This document shows, one piece after another, positions 45,502 through 52,844 of a stretch of DNA of 52,844 nucleotides (position 1 is the stretch's first letter; each line of letters opens with the position of its first letter). Origin of the DNA: Candidatus Micrarchaeota archaeon UBA95 (GTDB lineage: Archaea; Micrarchaeota; Micrarchaeia; Norongarragalinales; Norongarragalinaceae); contig DALH01000012.1 of assembly GCA_002499405.1 (NCBI GenBank), positions 1 to 52,844 on the forward strand, read 5' to 3'. The notes beneath the pieces are model-generated. The model did no database searches. It was not told the origin of the DNA and was given only the letters and a program-made list of their open reading frames with translations. Position numbers and translations under genes: made by a program.

Positions 45502-47376
45502 ATGAAGCTATTGGAGTTGCACTGCGACTATGTCGCCTACAAGCCCGGCAAAAAAGCGTTGAAGAACGCGCCCGAACTCAGCGATGAAGAAAAGAAGGGG
45601 ACGCGCGTGGAGGATGTGCTCGCTGTTTTCACCACGCTGGAGGCGGGAGACGACGAGTCGGTCGTGGACCAGGCGGTTCAACAAGTAAAAAAGAATTTCG
45701 GCGAAGTCAAGGCCAAGGGAATACTGGTCTACCCTTACGCGCACCTGTCCAGCGACCTTGCCGACCCTGAGACGGCCACGCAACTACTGGAATACTTTTA
45801 CCAACGGCTCAAGGAATTAGAACCCAACACCAAGAAAAGCGTTTTCGGGTATTACAAGTCCTTTGAATTGAAGTGCAAGGGCCACCCGTTGGCGGAATTA
45901 AGCAAGTCGTTCAAGGCGGAAGAAGGCGGCAAAAAAACCAAGAAGGAATTGAGAGAGGAAGTCGGGATTTCGGCTTCGCTGGAAGCCGAGAAAAAAGCCA
46001 ATAAACGCCTCCTCGTGCTCACGCCGGACGGAAAACTGCATGACGCAAAGACGTTTGACTACGGCGAACACGAGGCGTTGAAGAACTTCGCGGGATACGA
46101 AATCAACAAGGAACGCGCTTACGCCGAGGAACCCCCCCACATCGCGTTGATGAAGGAACACGACTTGTGCCAGTACGAGCCGGGCAGCGACGCCGGAAAC
46201 TTCCGCTGGCCCCCGAAAGGCCTCTTGGTGAAGAGGTTGCTGGAGGAAGACATCACGAACTACTGCGTTGACTACGGCGCAATGGAAGTTGAAACCCCCA
46301 TAATGTACGACTTCGAGCACCCCACCCTAAAAAAATACTTGAACCGCTTCCCCGCGCGCCAATACGTGGTGCAAAGCGACGACAAGGAATTGTTCTTGAG
46401 GTTCGCGGCGTGCTTCGGCCAGTTCCTGATGACGCACGACATGGTCATATCCTACCGCAACCTCCCCCTAAAAATGTTTGAATTAACGCGTTACTCTTTC
46501 CGCCGCGAACAAAGCGGCGAGTTAAGCGGGTTAAAGCGCCTGCGCGCGTTCACCATGCCCGACATGCACACCTTGTGCGCGGACCTGGACGGGGCGAGGG
46601 AGGAATTCGGCAAGCAGTTCAACAAGTGCTTTGAATGGCTGAGCAATTTGGGCGTACCATTCGAGGCGGGCTTCCGCGCGCAAACCGATTTCTTCGAGGA
46701 AAACAAGGGGTTTTACCTGCGCATGGTCAAGCAACTCAACAAACCAGTCCTCCTGGAATTGTTTGACGAGCGCTACGCTTACTTCGTCACGAAATTCGAG
46801 TTCAACTTCGTGGACGTCTTCAAGAAGGCGAGCGCGCTCAGCACCGTGCAAATAGACGTGGAAAACGCGGAAACCTACGACATTTTCTTCACGGACAAGG
46901 ACGGCTCGAAAAAGAGGCCGGTAATACTGCATGCTTCCCTGAGCGGAAGCGTGGAACGCGTGATTTACGCTTTGCTGGAAAACGAGTACTTGAAGATGAA
47001 GCGCGGCAAAAAGCCCGCGCTCCCGACCTGGCTTTCCCCCACGCAGGTGCGCCTGGTTCCAGTGAGCGACAAACACAACGATTACTGCGAGGCGTTGCTC
47101 CCGCAATTCAAGGGCGTACGCATTGACTTGGACGACCGCAACGAGACCCTCGGAAAAAAGGTGCGCGACGCGGAAAAGGAATGGGTTCCGTTCGTCGTCG
47201 TGGTCGGCGACAAGGAAAAGGAGTCCGGCAAGCTCGCAGTCACCGTGCGCTCAACCGGAGAAAAAAAATCTTTGGCCGTGAACGAACTCGTGGAGCTAGT
47301 GAAAAAAGAGTGCGCTGGCAGGCCGTTCGAAAAACTGAGTTTGCCGGCGCGCCTCAGCAAGCGCCCCGTATTCTGA
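45502..47376 (+). CDS. thrS: threonyl-tRNA synthetase, archaeal type with N-terminal editing domain
   Basis: N-terminus MKLLELHCDYVAYKP... is the archaeal ThrRS editing domain. The class II core has FRREQSGELSGLKRLRAFTMPDMH (motif 2-like), followed by a C-terminal anticodon-binding domain. Confidence 0.9.
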   Translation: MKLLELHCDYVAYKPGKKALKNAPELSDEEKKGTRVEDVLAVFTTLEAGDDESVVDQAVQQVKKNFGEVKAKGILVYPYAHLSSDLADPETATQLLEYFYQRLKELEPNTKKSVFGYYKSFELKCKGHPLAELSKSFKAEEGGKKTKKELREEVGISASLEAEKKANKRLLVLTPDGKLHDAKTFDYGEHEALKNFAGYEINKERAYAEEPPHIALMKEHDLCQYEPGSDAGNFRWPPKGLLVKRLLEEDITNYCVDYGAMEVETPIMYDFEHPTLKKYLNRFPARQYVVQSDDKELFLRFAACFGQFLMTHDMVISYRNLPLKMFELTRYSFRREQSGELSGLKRLRAFTMPDMHTLCADLDGAREEFGKQFNKCFEWLSNLGVPFEAGFRAQTDFFEENKGFYLRMVKQLNKPVLLELFDERYAYFVTKFEFNFVDVFKKASALSTVQIDVENAETYDIFFTDKDGSKKRPVILHASLSGSVERVIYALLENEYLKMKRGKKPALPTWLSPTQVRLVPVSDKHNDYCEALLPQFKGVRIDLDDRNETLGKKVRDAEKEWVPFVVVVGDKEKESGKLAVTVRSTGEKKSLAVNELVELVKKECAGRPFEKLSLPARLSKRPVF

Positions 47377-47377
47377 T

Positions 47378-47869
47378 TCACGCGAGTTGCGCGTCGTATT
47401 CGCCGGCGTCAACGAGTTTGCAGAACTGCTTGGGGTTCTTGCCGTCAATGGTCGCGCCAAGGGACTGGCACGTGCCCGCGACTTCCTTGACTGCCGCCCT
47501 CAACGAGGACGCAGTCATCGCGTCCTGCTTGGCCTTCGCGATGTTCACGACCTGCTCAACTGAGAGGTTTCCAATGCCCGGCTTTCCCTTCTTGCCTGCC
47601 TCTTCCTTGACGGGCTCCTTTAACCCGAGCTCTTTTTTGACGAGCGCCGAAACCGGGGGCGTACCCACTTCAACTTCAAAGGTTTTCGCGGAAGAGTCGT
47701 AAATGACTTTGACGGGAACCTGCATGCCTGAAAACGACTTCGTCTTCTCGTTGATTTTCGCGATTACCTCGCCGAGGTTCAACCCGCTGGGGCCCAGCGC
47801 GGGGCCCAAGGGCGGGCCGGCGTTTGCCTTGCCGCCTTCCACGAGCGCGGAAATGATTTGCGTAGCCAT
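47378..47869 (-). CDS. rpl11: 50S ribosomal protein L11
   Basis: GGKANAGPPLGPALGPSGLNLGEV is the L11 signature. 163 aa. Confidence 0.93.
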   Translation of the reverse strand: MATQIISALVEGGKANAGPPLGPALGPSGLNLGEVIAKINEKTKSFSGMQVPVKVIYDSSAKTFEVEVGTPPVSALVKKELGLKEPVKEEAGKKGKPGIGNLSVEQVVNIAKAKQDAMTASSLRAAVKEVAGTCQSLGATIDGKNPKQFCKLVDAGEYDAQLA

Positions 47870-47918
47870 GTTTTAGAATAACACCTCAATCGGAAAATTA
47901 ATAGGTTGAAACGGTTTT

Positions 47919-50738
47919 TTATTGCCTTCGCTTCGCAAAAGCAATTGCCGCCGCAGCCAAAGCCAGCAACAAGGGCAGGGCGGGCGCTTCCTCTTCGCCG
48001 CCCGCCAACTGAATTTTGTTGACTTCACAGGAATCGCTCAGCCCGTGCGCCTTGGACTCCAACGAAATCAAATAAGTGCCCTCGGCCGAGGAATCAATCA
48101 AGACGTCGTGCTTCCCGGTCGCCTGACTGCATTTCACGAGGTCCGCGTCCACCTCCGCGCCTCCCACGGAAACGCTTATGACCAAGTCGTTGTCGCAGAC
48201 CGGTTCGCCGTCCGCCTGCATTACCGCGTAAACGTGCGTGCTGTTCTTGGAAAGTTGCTTTGGGCAGTCAATCACGAAGGACGGGAGTTCGTCTGCAGGC
48301 GGTGTCGTGGGAGTCGGCAGGGACGAGCGCGGGGGGGCCGGCTTGGGCGCTTCCTCCTTTTCGACTTCCTGCAACTCCACTCCGAAGGAAACGACCGTCT
48401 CGTTTGACTCACCTCTTGCGCCGTCCTTCAAGCCGTAACACTCCAACGAAAACTCGTACAAGCCGGTTTCGAACCCGCTGAAATACGCGTCGTCGCGAAA
48501 CTCTTCGCCGTTGGAGACCTTTATTGCATCAAACTCCTTGGGCTCCTCGTTAACGGTTCCGGAAAGAGTCATTACCCGCGTAACCGAGGGAACACACGAA
48601 TACTCCTGGTAAGAGCCCGAAACGAAGAAGCGCAGCCCGAACCCGGGCTCCACGAAGGTGTAATCCTTCATCGGCTCCGCCACAACTGGTTCGTTCACCA
48701 AGAAGTCCTGAACGTTCAACACCGAGAAATCTATTTGTTGTTTCGGCGAATCCTCTCCGCACTGCAATTCAAACGAGTAATTGCCTTCAGGAAACTCGAG
48801 CAAAACCTCTTGAACTTCCTCGGCGGTCACGTCAATGGAACCCTCAAGGCCGCCGGCCGAGTAAGAGCATTCCGCGTCCTTGCTCAACGCGAAGTAAAAA
48901 TAAACCGAGGCGTTTTCGTATGCATCCCCGTTGTAAGAGTAATTGCTGTTGTTGGCGGGCCAAAGCATTACGGGCACGCCCTCCAAGCCGCTAATGAATT
49001 GCCGCGAATCCGCTTTCCCGCCGCAGGAAACGCTTAAAACGTGTTCGCCGGGCTCCGGGGAAACCTCGCCCGACCACTGGCTCACGGGCTCCTCCAACTC
49101 CGTTGTCTCGCCGTCCAAGTCGTAAGAGCACTGGAATTCGCCGCCGTAAACCTTGAAACCGATTTCAATTGGTTCGCCCCACACGAAACGCGTTGACGGC
49201 TTCGTAATGGAGGGCTTCCCGTTCGTGAAAACCGTTAACGGCTCCGAATCATCCAGCCACGCCTCGGAGCCGGCTGGAGCGCATTGCGCCGTGAAAACGT
49301 ATTCGCCTTGAGGCAAAAGCCAGGAGCCGGACGCCGAATACCCTGAAGGCACCTGGTAAGGGTATTTATGGAACGCGTCCGCGTCCTTGAAGCGGTACTC
49401 GCAATCGTACAACTCAGCGTGGCCGTAAGCCGCGAACTCAAAGGACACGCTCAAAGGCGTTTCGCCCTCGTAATCACCTTTCGGGTAAATTACGACGACT
49501 TCCTCGTTGCCCGAGTAAGTGAATTCAACCAAACTCTCAAGCGTGGTGGAATCCGAGTGACAAGACACCTTCAACTCGTTCACGCCGTCAACCGCGTAAC
49601 TCTGATAACTCCCCTTCAAATCTATTTCAATGTCCTTGTTGAGATCCACCTTGAAGTCCTGGAGTTCGGTGGGCGCCCCGTCATTCAAGAAAACCCCGCA
49701 CTTGTAAGCCGGGCCTGTAGACAAAACCCCTTTCTCCTTCTTCTCCAACCTGAACCGGACAATCGGAAGCGATGAGTAAGGCTGTTCATGGGGCTCCAAA
49801 ACATTCAAGCAAAGCAACTTGTCGTCTTCCTCGCTAATCAAGTAATCCAGTTCCGCGTAATCTTTTCCACCGCTCCGCGAAAAACCCTTCAAAACCAGGC
49901 GCAGCCGGCCGGCATCGTAAATCATTTCCACGCCTTTGTTCAGGAAAATGGATTCGGACCCGCCCTTAACCGACAACCACAAAACGTCTTCTCCCCAGTC
50001 ACGAACCAAAAAGTGGTACTGCGGCTCAAGCAACGGCAAGTCAACCGGTTGGTCCACTTCAAGCAGCACTGGAACCAAGCCGGATATCGGCTCGTCGCCG
50101 GGGCCGCTACCGCCCGGCAACACAACACATGTCAACGGGTTGGCGGGCGCAACGAAAACGCAGGCACCCGAAGCACAGCCGTCCTCGCAAACAATATTCT
50201 GCTTTATGCACGAATCAGAACTACTCGAACAATAAAACTCCTTCAATTCGTTTCCGTCACAGTAATCGTGGTGTAGCCCGCTTGCGTCAGAGCACGCGCT
50301 TGCAACCAGTTTCGGGAATGGCTCGCCTGCATCAAAGTCCGTGCAACCCGCCTCCACCAAGTAATAATGGAAACGCGAGGAATTGGGCACCGAAGCCCCC
50401 GCCTCGGAACCACTGGTCTTCTCGCACGAGATTGCGAGGTCGTGCCAGCAACCATGCCTCCCGCCCGGACAACCCGGAATTGAAATCAATTCAGGCCAGT
50501 CAACCACGGCCGAGTCTTTCACCGTTAACTCCTTTTCAAACCCGCTACTTGAACTTTCAAAACCGAGGTTGCACGAATAAGTCCCGGTCTCGTTGAACCC
50601 TAGGACCACTTGGAGCAAGCCGTTCCCGCTGTTCAAGGAATAATCCGCTGGTTCAACAAACCACACCTCGAAGTCGGTTAAAGCCGCGGCTAACGAAAAC
50701 AAGAAAAAAGAAAACAGGAGGGCGCGCTTCAACGTCAT
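47919..50738 (-). CDS. large secreted surface protein (939 aa) with repeated Ig-like modules and C-terminal TM anchor
   Basis: Signal peptide MTLKRALLFSFFLFSLAAA. Repeated modules end in G-x-[YH]-x-[FL]-x-[VLA]-x-C. The C-terminus is EEAPALPLLLALAAAAIAFAKRRQ. Confidence 0.75.
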   Translation of the reverse strand: MTLKRALLFSFFLFSLAAALTDFEVWFVEPADYSLNSGNGLLQVVLGFNETGTYSCNLGFESSSSGFEKELTVKDSAVVDWPELISIPGCPGGRHGCWHDLAISCEKTSGSEAGASVPNSSRFHYYLVEAGCTDFDAGEPFPKLVASACSDASGLHHDYCDGNELKEFYCSSSSDSCIKQNIVCEDGCASGACVFVAPANPLTCVVLPGGSGPGDEPISGLVPVLLEVDQPVDLPLLEPQYHFLVRDWGEDVLWLSVKGGSESIFLNKGVEMIYDAGRLRLVLKGFSRSGGKDYAELDYLISEEDDKLLCLNVLEPHEQPYSSLPIVRFRLEKKEKGVLSTGPAYKCGVFLNDGAPTELQDFKVDLNKDIEIDLKGSYQSYAVDGVNELKVSCHSDSTTLESLVEFTYSGNEEVVVIYPKGDYEGETPLSVSFEFAAYGHAELYDCEYRFKDADAFHKYPYQVPSGYSASGSWLLPQGEYVFTAQCAPAGSEAWLDDSEPLTVFTNGKPSITKPSTRFVWGEPIEIGFKVYGGEFQCSYDLDGETTELEEPVSQWSGEVSPEPGEHVLSVSCGGKADSRQFISGLEGVPVMLWPANNSNYSYNGDAYENASVYFYFALSKDAECSYSAGGLEGSIDVTAEEVQEVLLEFPEGNYSFELQCGEDSPKQQIDFSVLNVQDFLVNEPVVAEPMKDYTFVEPGFGLRFFVSGSYQEYSCVPSVTRVMTLSGTVNEEPKEFDAIKVSNGEEFRDDAYFSGFETGLYEFSLECYGLKDGARGESNETVVSFGVELQEVEKEEAPKPAPPRSSLPTPTTPPADELPSFVIDCPKQLSKNSTHVYAVMQADGEPVCDNDLVISVSVGGAEVDADLVKCSQATGKHDVLIDSSAEGTYLISLESKAHGLSDSCEVNKIQLAGGEEEAPALPLLLALAAAAIAFAKRRQ

Positions 50739-50747
50739 ACGAAAAGT

Positions 50748-52844
50748 TTAACGCGCCTTCTTTTTATAAGCGTACCACGCCAACCCGAAAACGGCTAACG
50801 CGAACAACAACGGCAAGGCCGGCGCTTCCTCCACGAGCACTCCGCCGCGGAACCTGCACGAATCGCTTGCACCCCTCGCCGAAACCTTCAACTCGTATTC
50901 GCCTACTTCAAGGGAGTCAAAGGCGACCTTGTGCTTTCCGTCCGCGCACGAAACCAGTTCCGCTTTTGTCGGCGCGCCATTCAACAACAGCGTGACCTGC
51001 GCGGAGTTGTCGCACGTGGGCGCGCCGTTCACGGTCAGCAATGCCTGCGCCGTGGTGCGGTTGGAATCAATTTTGGAGGGGCATTTGAGCGTTAACACCG
51101 CGTAATCGCTTGCCTTGGGCGTGGCAGTTGGCTTCTTGGTCGGCATCGGGGAAGGAGTAGGCGTTGGTCGCGAATCGGTTTTGTCTCCGGCCAAGTGGCT
51201 CCAGGTTCCGCCGTAAGGCGCGTAATCGCTTCCGCCCGACGGAACGTCGCTGCCGCCGCCACCGCACGAGCCGCAGTCGCTCGGGCAATTGGAGCAGGAC
51301 TCGCCCGCGCCGCAAACGCCGTCCCCGCAATAGCCGCCGCTCCCGTCCAAGTCAACGGTGAACGACGTGACGCTTGACGCGGCGGTCTCTGAACTCAACT
51401 CTTCGCCACAGTAACCCGTGCACTCCACCCTCGCGGAGTGTCCGCCGTCAGTCAAGCCGGTTAGGTCGCCGGGCCATGACGCGGACTGGCCAGTAACGGT
51501 TCTGGGGCTCCCCCAAACCGAGTCAAGTTCGCGGCGGCACGAGTAAGAATTGAAGTTGCCGTCAATTGTGAACCGCAGGTCAAGAGTTGAAACCGTGTAG
51601 GTTCCTCCGTTGATTGGGAAGTTCACGGTCACGCCGCGCAACTCCGAGGGCGCCTCAACAACGGTGAACGAAACCAAGTCGGAGTAAACGAAGTCGTCAA
51701 ACCTGTTGGACCCGCCGCGATGGCAGGAAACGTTGAGGTAATGCATTCCGGCAGTTACCTCAAAATCAAAGTCGGGGTCCAACGCGCCCTCTATCTGGCC
51801 CGGGAAGACAATTGTTTTTCCGTCCAACTCGTAACGGCACTCGTAATAATCGTGGGTGCCGCCCACGAGGAACGAGGCGTCAACCAGCCGCGCGTCCTCG
51901 CAGTTAGGGTCAAAAGAGTATTGCGCGCCGTCCACGGGCAAAAGGATTATTGGCTTGTCTGGTTCGTAGGAAGTGAATTCTAGAACGTCGGACGAAACTT
52001 CTTCAACGCCTTCAACTGAAACCGTGGGGCGCCACCCCTCGCACGAAACAAATAGTTCGTGTGAACCAGCCGCCACCTCCAATGGTTCGTAGGCAATGAC
52101 TTCCACGCCTGCGGGAATAAAGTCCGTGAGCAGGTCGTCGCCCGTTGGCGTAACCTCAAACACCACTTTGACGCTGGTTGCATCCGAATTCAGGTTCGTC
52201 AAGTCGCCCACGCTGATTGACTCAACAAATACCTCGTAAACGTGGTCGGAGTCCTTCACCTCGTAATATCCGCCCTCGGGAATCGGGGGCGTCAAGTCCT
52301 CGTAATCACTTTTGGTTACCGTGAACTGCGCCCACCAAACCTCTTGCACGCCGCCGCCAAGCGAGTTAATGAGCACGGGAACCAGCGCGGTTGCAGGAAC
52401 CAGCGAGGTTTCCTCCATGGTGGAAAACACCTTGTACAGCGTAAGCGTGTAACCCCCCTCCGTCATTGATTCTCCTACCCTGAGGGTTTTCGCCGGGTTC
52501 TTCAACGCCTTTTCTCCCGACCACAACACGGGCGAGCCGCCTTCGTAGTCCTCTATCTTTATTGCCTCGGTTGAATCGTCAAGGGTGCGCATGCACTTGT
52601 AGAACGGGTAATCCCCGCCCACCTTGAACTTCAACTCCAATTCGTTAGCCCAGTAGCCCTCGCCTTCCGGCTTCCAGTGCGGTTCAATTATGACGGGTTT
52701 GTTGGGCTCGAAAGTCGTGAAGTGCACGGTTTGCGAGTGCCTTACCACGCCGTCATCCTTCCTCGTGCACTCTATGATAAACCAGTGTTCGCCGTAATAA
52801 GCCGGCGTAAGCGTGCCCGCAATCCACTCCCAATCCGGGATTCC
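50748..52844 (-). CDS. paralogous surface protein, 5'-truncated by the window edge
   Basis: The frame stays open from 52748 to the window end (translation ...GIPDWEWIAGTLTPAYYGEHWFIIECTRKDDGV-VRHSQ). It has the same module signature, a Gly/Cys-rich linker and the C-terminus EEAPALPLLFALAVFGLAWYAYKKKAR. Confidence 0.72.
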   Translation of the reverse strand, partial: GIPDWEWIAGTLTPAYYGEHWFIIECTRKDDGVVRHSQTVHFTTFEPNKPVIIEPHWKPEGEGYWANELELKFKVGGDYPFYKCMRTLDDSTEAIKIEDYEGGSPVLWSGEKALKNPAKTLRVGESMTEGGYTLTLYKVFSTMEETSLVPATALVPVLINSLGGGVQEVWWAQFTVTKSDYEDLTPPIPEGGYYEVKDSDHVYEVFVESISVGDLTNLNSDATSVKVVFEVTPTGDDLLTDFIPAGVEVIAYEPLEVAAGSHELFVSCEGWRPTVSVEGVEEVSSDVLEFTSYEPDKPIILLPVDGAQYSFDPNCEDARLVDASFLVGGTHDYYECRYELDGKTIVFPGQIEGALDPDFDFEVTAGMHYLNVSCHRGGSNRFDDFVYSDLVSFTVVEAPSELRGVTVNFPINGGTYTVSTLDLRFTIDGNFNSYSCRRELDSVWGSPRTVTGQSASWPGDLTGLTDGGHSARVECTGYCGEELSSETAASSVTSFTVDLDGSGGYCGDGVCGAGESCSNCPSDCGSCGGGGSDVPSGGSDYAPYGGTWSHLAGDKTDSRPTPTPSPMPTKKPTATPKASDYAVLTLKCPSKIDSNRTTAQALLTVNGAPTCDNSAQVTLLLNGAPTKAELVSCADGKHKVAFDSLEVGEYELKVSARGASDSCRFRGGVLVEEAPALPLLFALAVFGLAWYAYKKKAR

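Noticed and set aside
1-52844. Search for CRISPR arrays, rRNA genes, IS elements or transposases, integrases, and additional tRNAs.
   Set aside because: I saw no regularly spaced direct repeats of 24-40 nt and no rRNA-like conserved blocks. No DDE or serine/tyrosine recombinase motifs appear in any ORF. tRNA-Ala is the only cloverleaf I could fold, though a formal tRNAscan or Infernal run is still needed.

Overview
Compact, gene-dense archaeal chromosomal segment. Archaeal markers are two-subunit GMP synthase, deoxyhypusine synthase, RtcB, ATP-dependent DNA ligase, ThrRS with the archaeal N-terminal editing domain, cupin-type PGI, L11 and SMC. Many genes share 4-nt ATGA/GTGA/TTGA start-stop overlaps, and several convergent gene ends overlap by 11-13 nt. 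With the giant Cys-rich surface proteins this suggests a small-genome, DPANN-like archaeon, but that is inference only. I call about 45 CDS and one tRNA-Ala(CGC); I found no rRNA and no CRISPR array. The main result is that rtcB, the tRNA/RNA-splicing ligase gene, is broken by a 32-nt insert that I could fold by hand into a canonical bulge-helix-bulge (BHB) splicing motif. Excising it at the canonical bulge positions restores the frame and recreates the family consensus GYGFPIGG. The ligase mRNA therefore appears to need endonuclease cleavage and RtcB-type ligation for its own maturation. The same gene also carries a LAGLIDADG intein at its catalytic Cys, and a low-GC free-standing LAGLIDADG gene sits 10 nt upstream. 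Other notable items: a LAGLIDADG intein in the SMC Walker-A loop; a low-GC island of about 5 kb with a translationally coupled Type IIG restriction-modification enzyme and an AlbA_2/Schlafen-like HATPase-wHTH protein; a ~110-nt multi-hairpin intergenic repeat in two copies; a duplicated guaA 3' end flanking a perfect 11-bp hairpin; a membrane-domain::AdoMetDC fusion overlapping deoxyhypusine synthase; an EF-Tu-like protein without a P-loop; and tandem paralogous surface proteins with a shared C-terminal sorting-signal-like tail. All domain calls come from motifs read by eye, and no database search was run.
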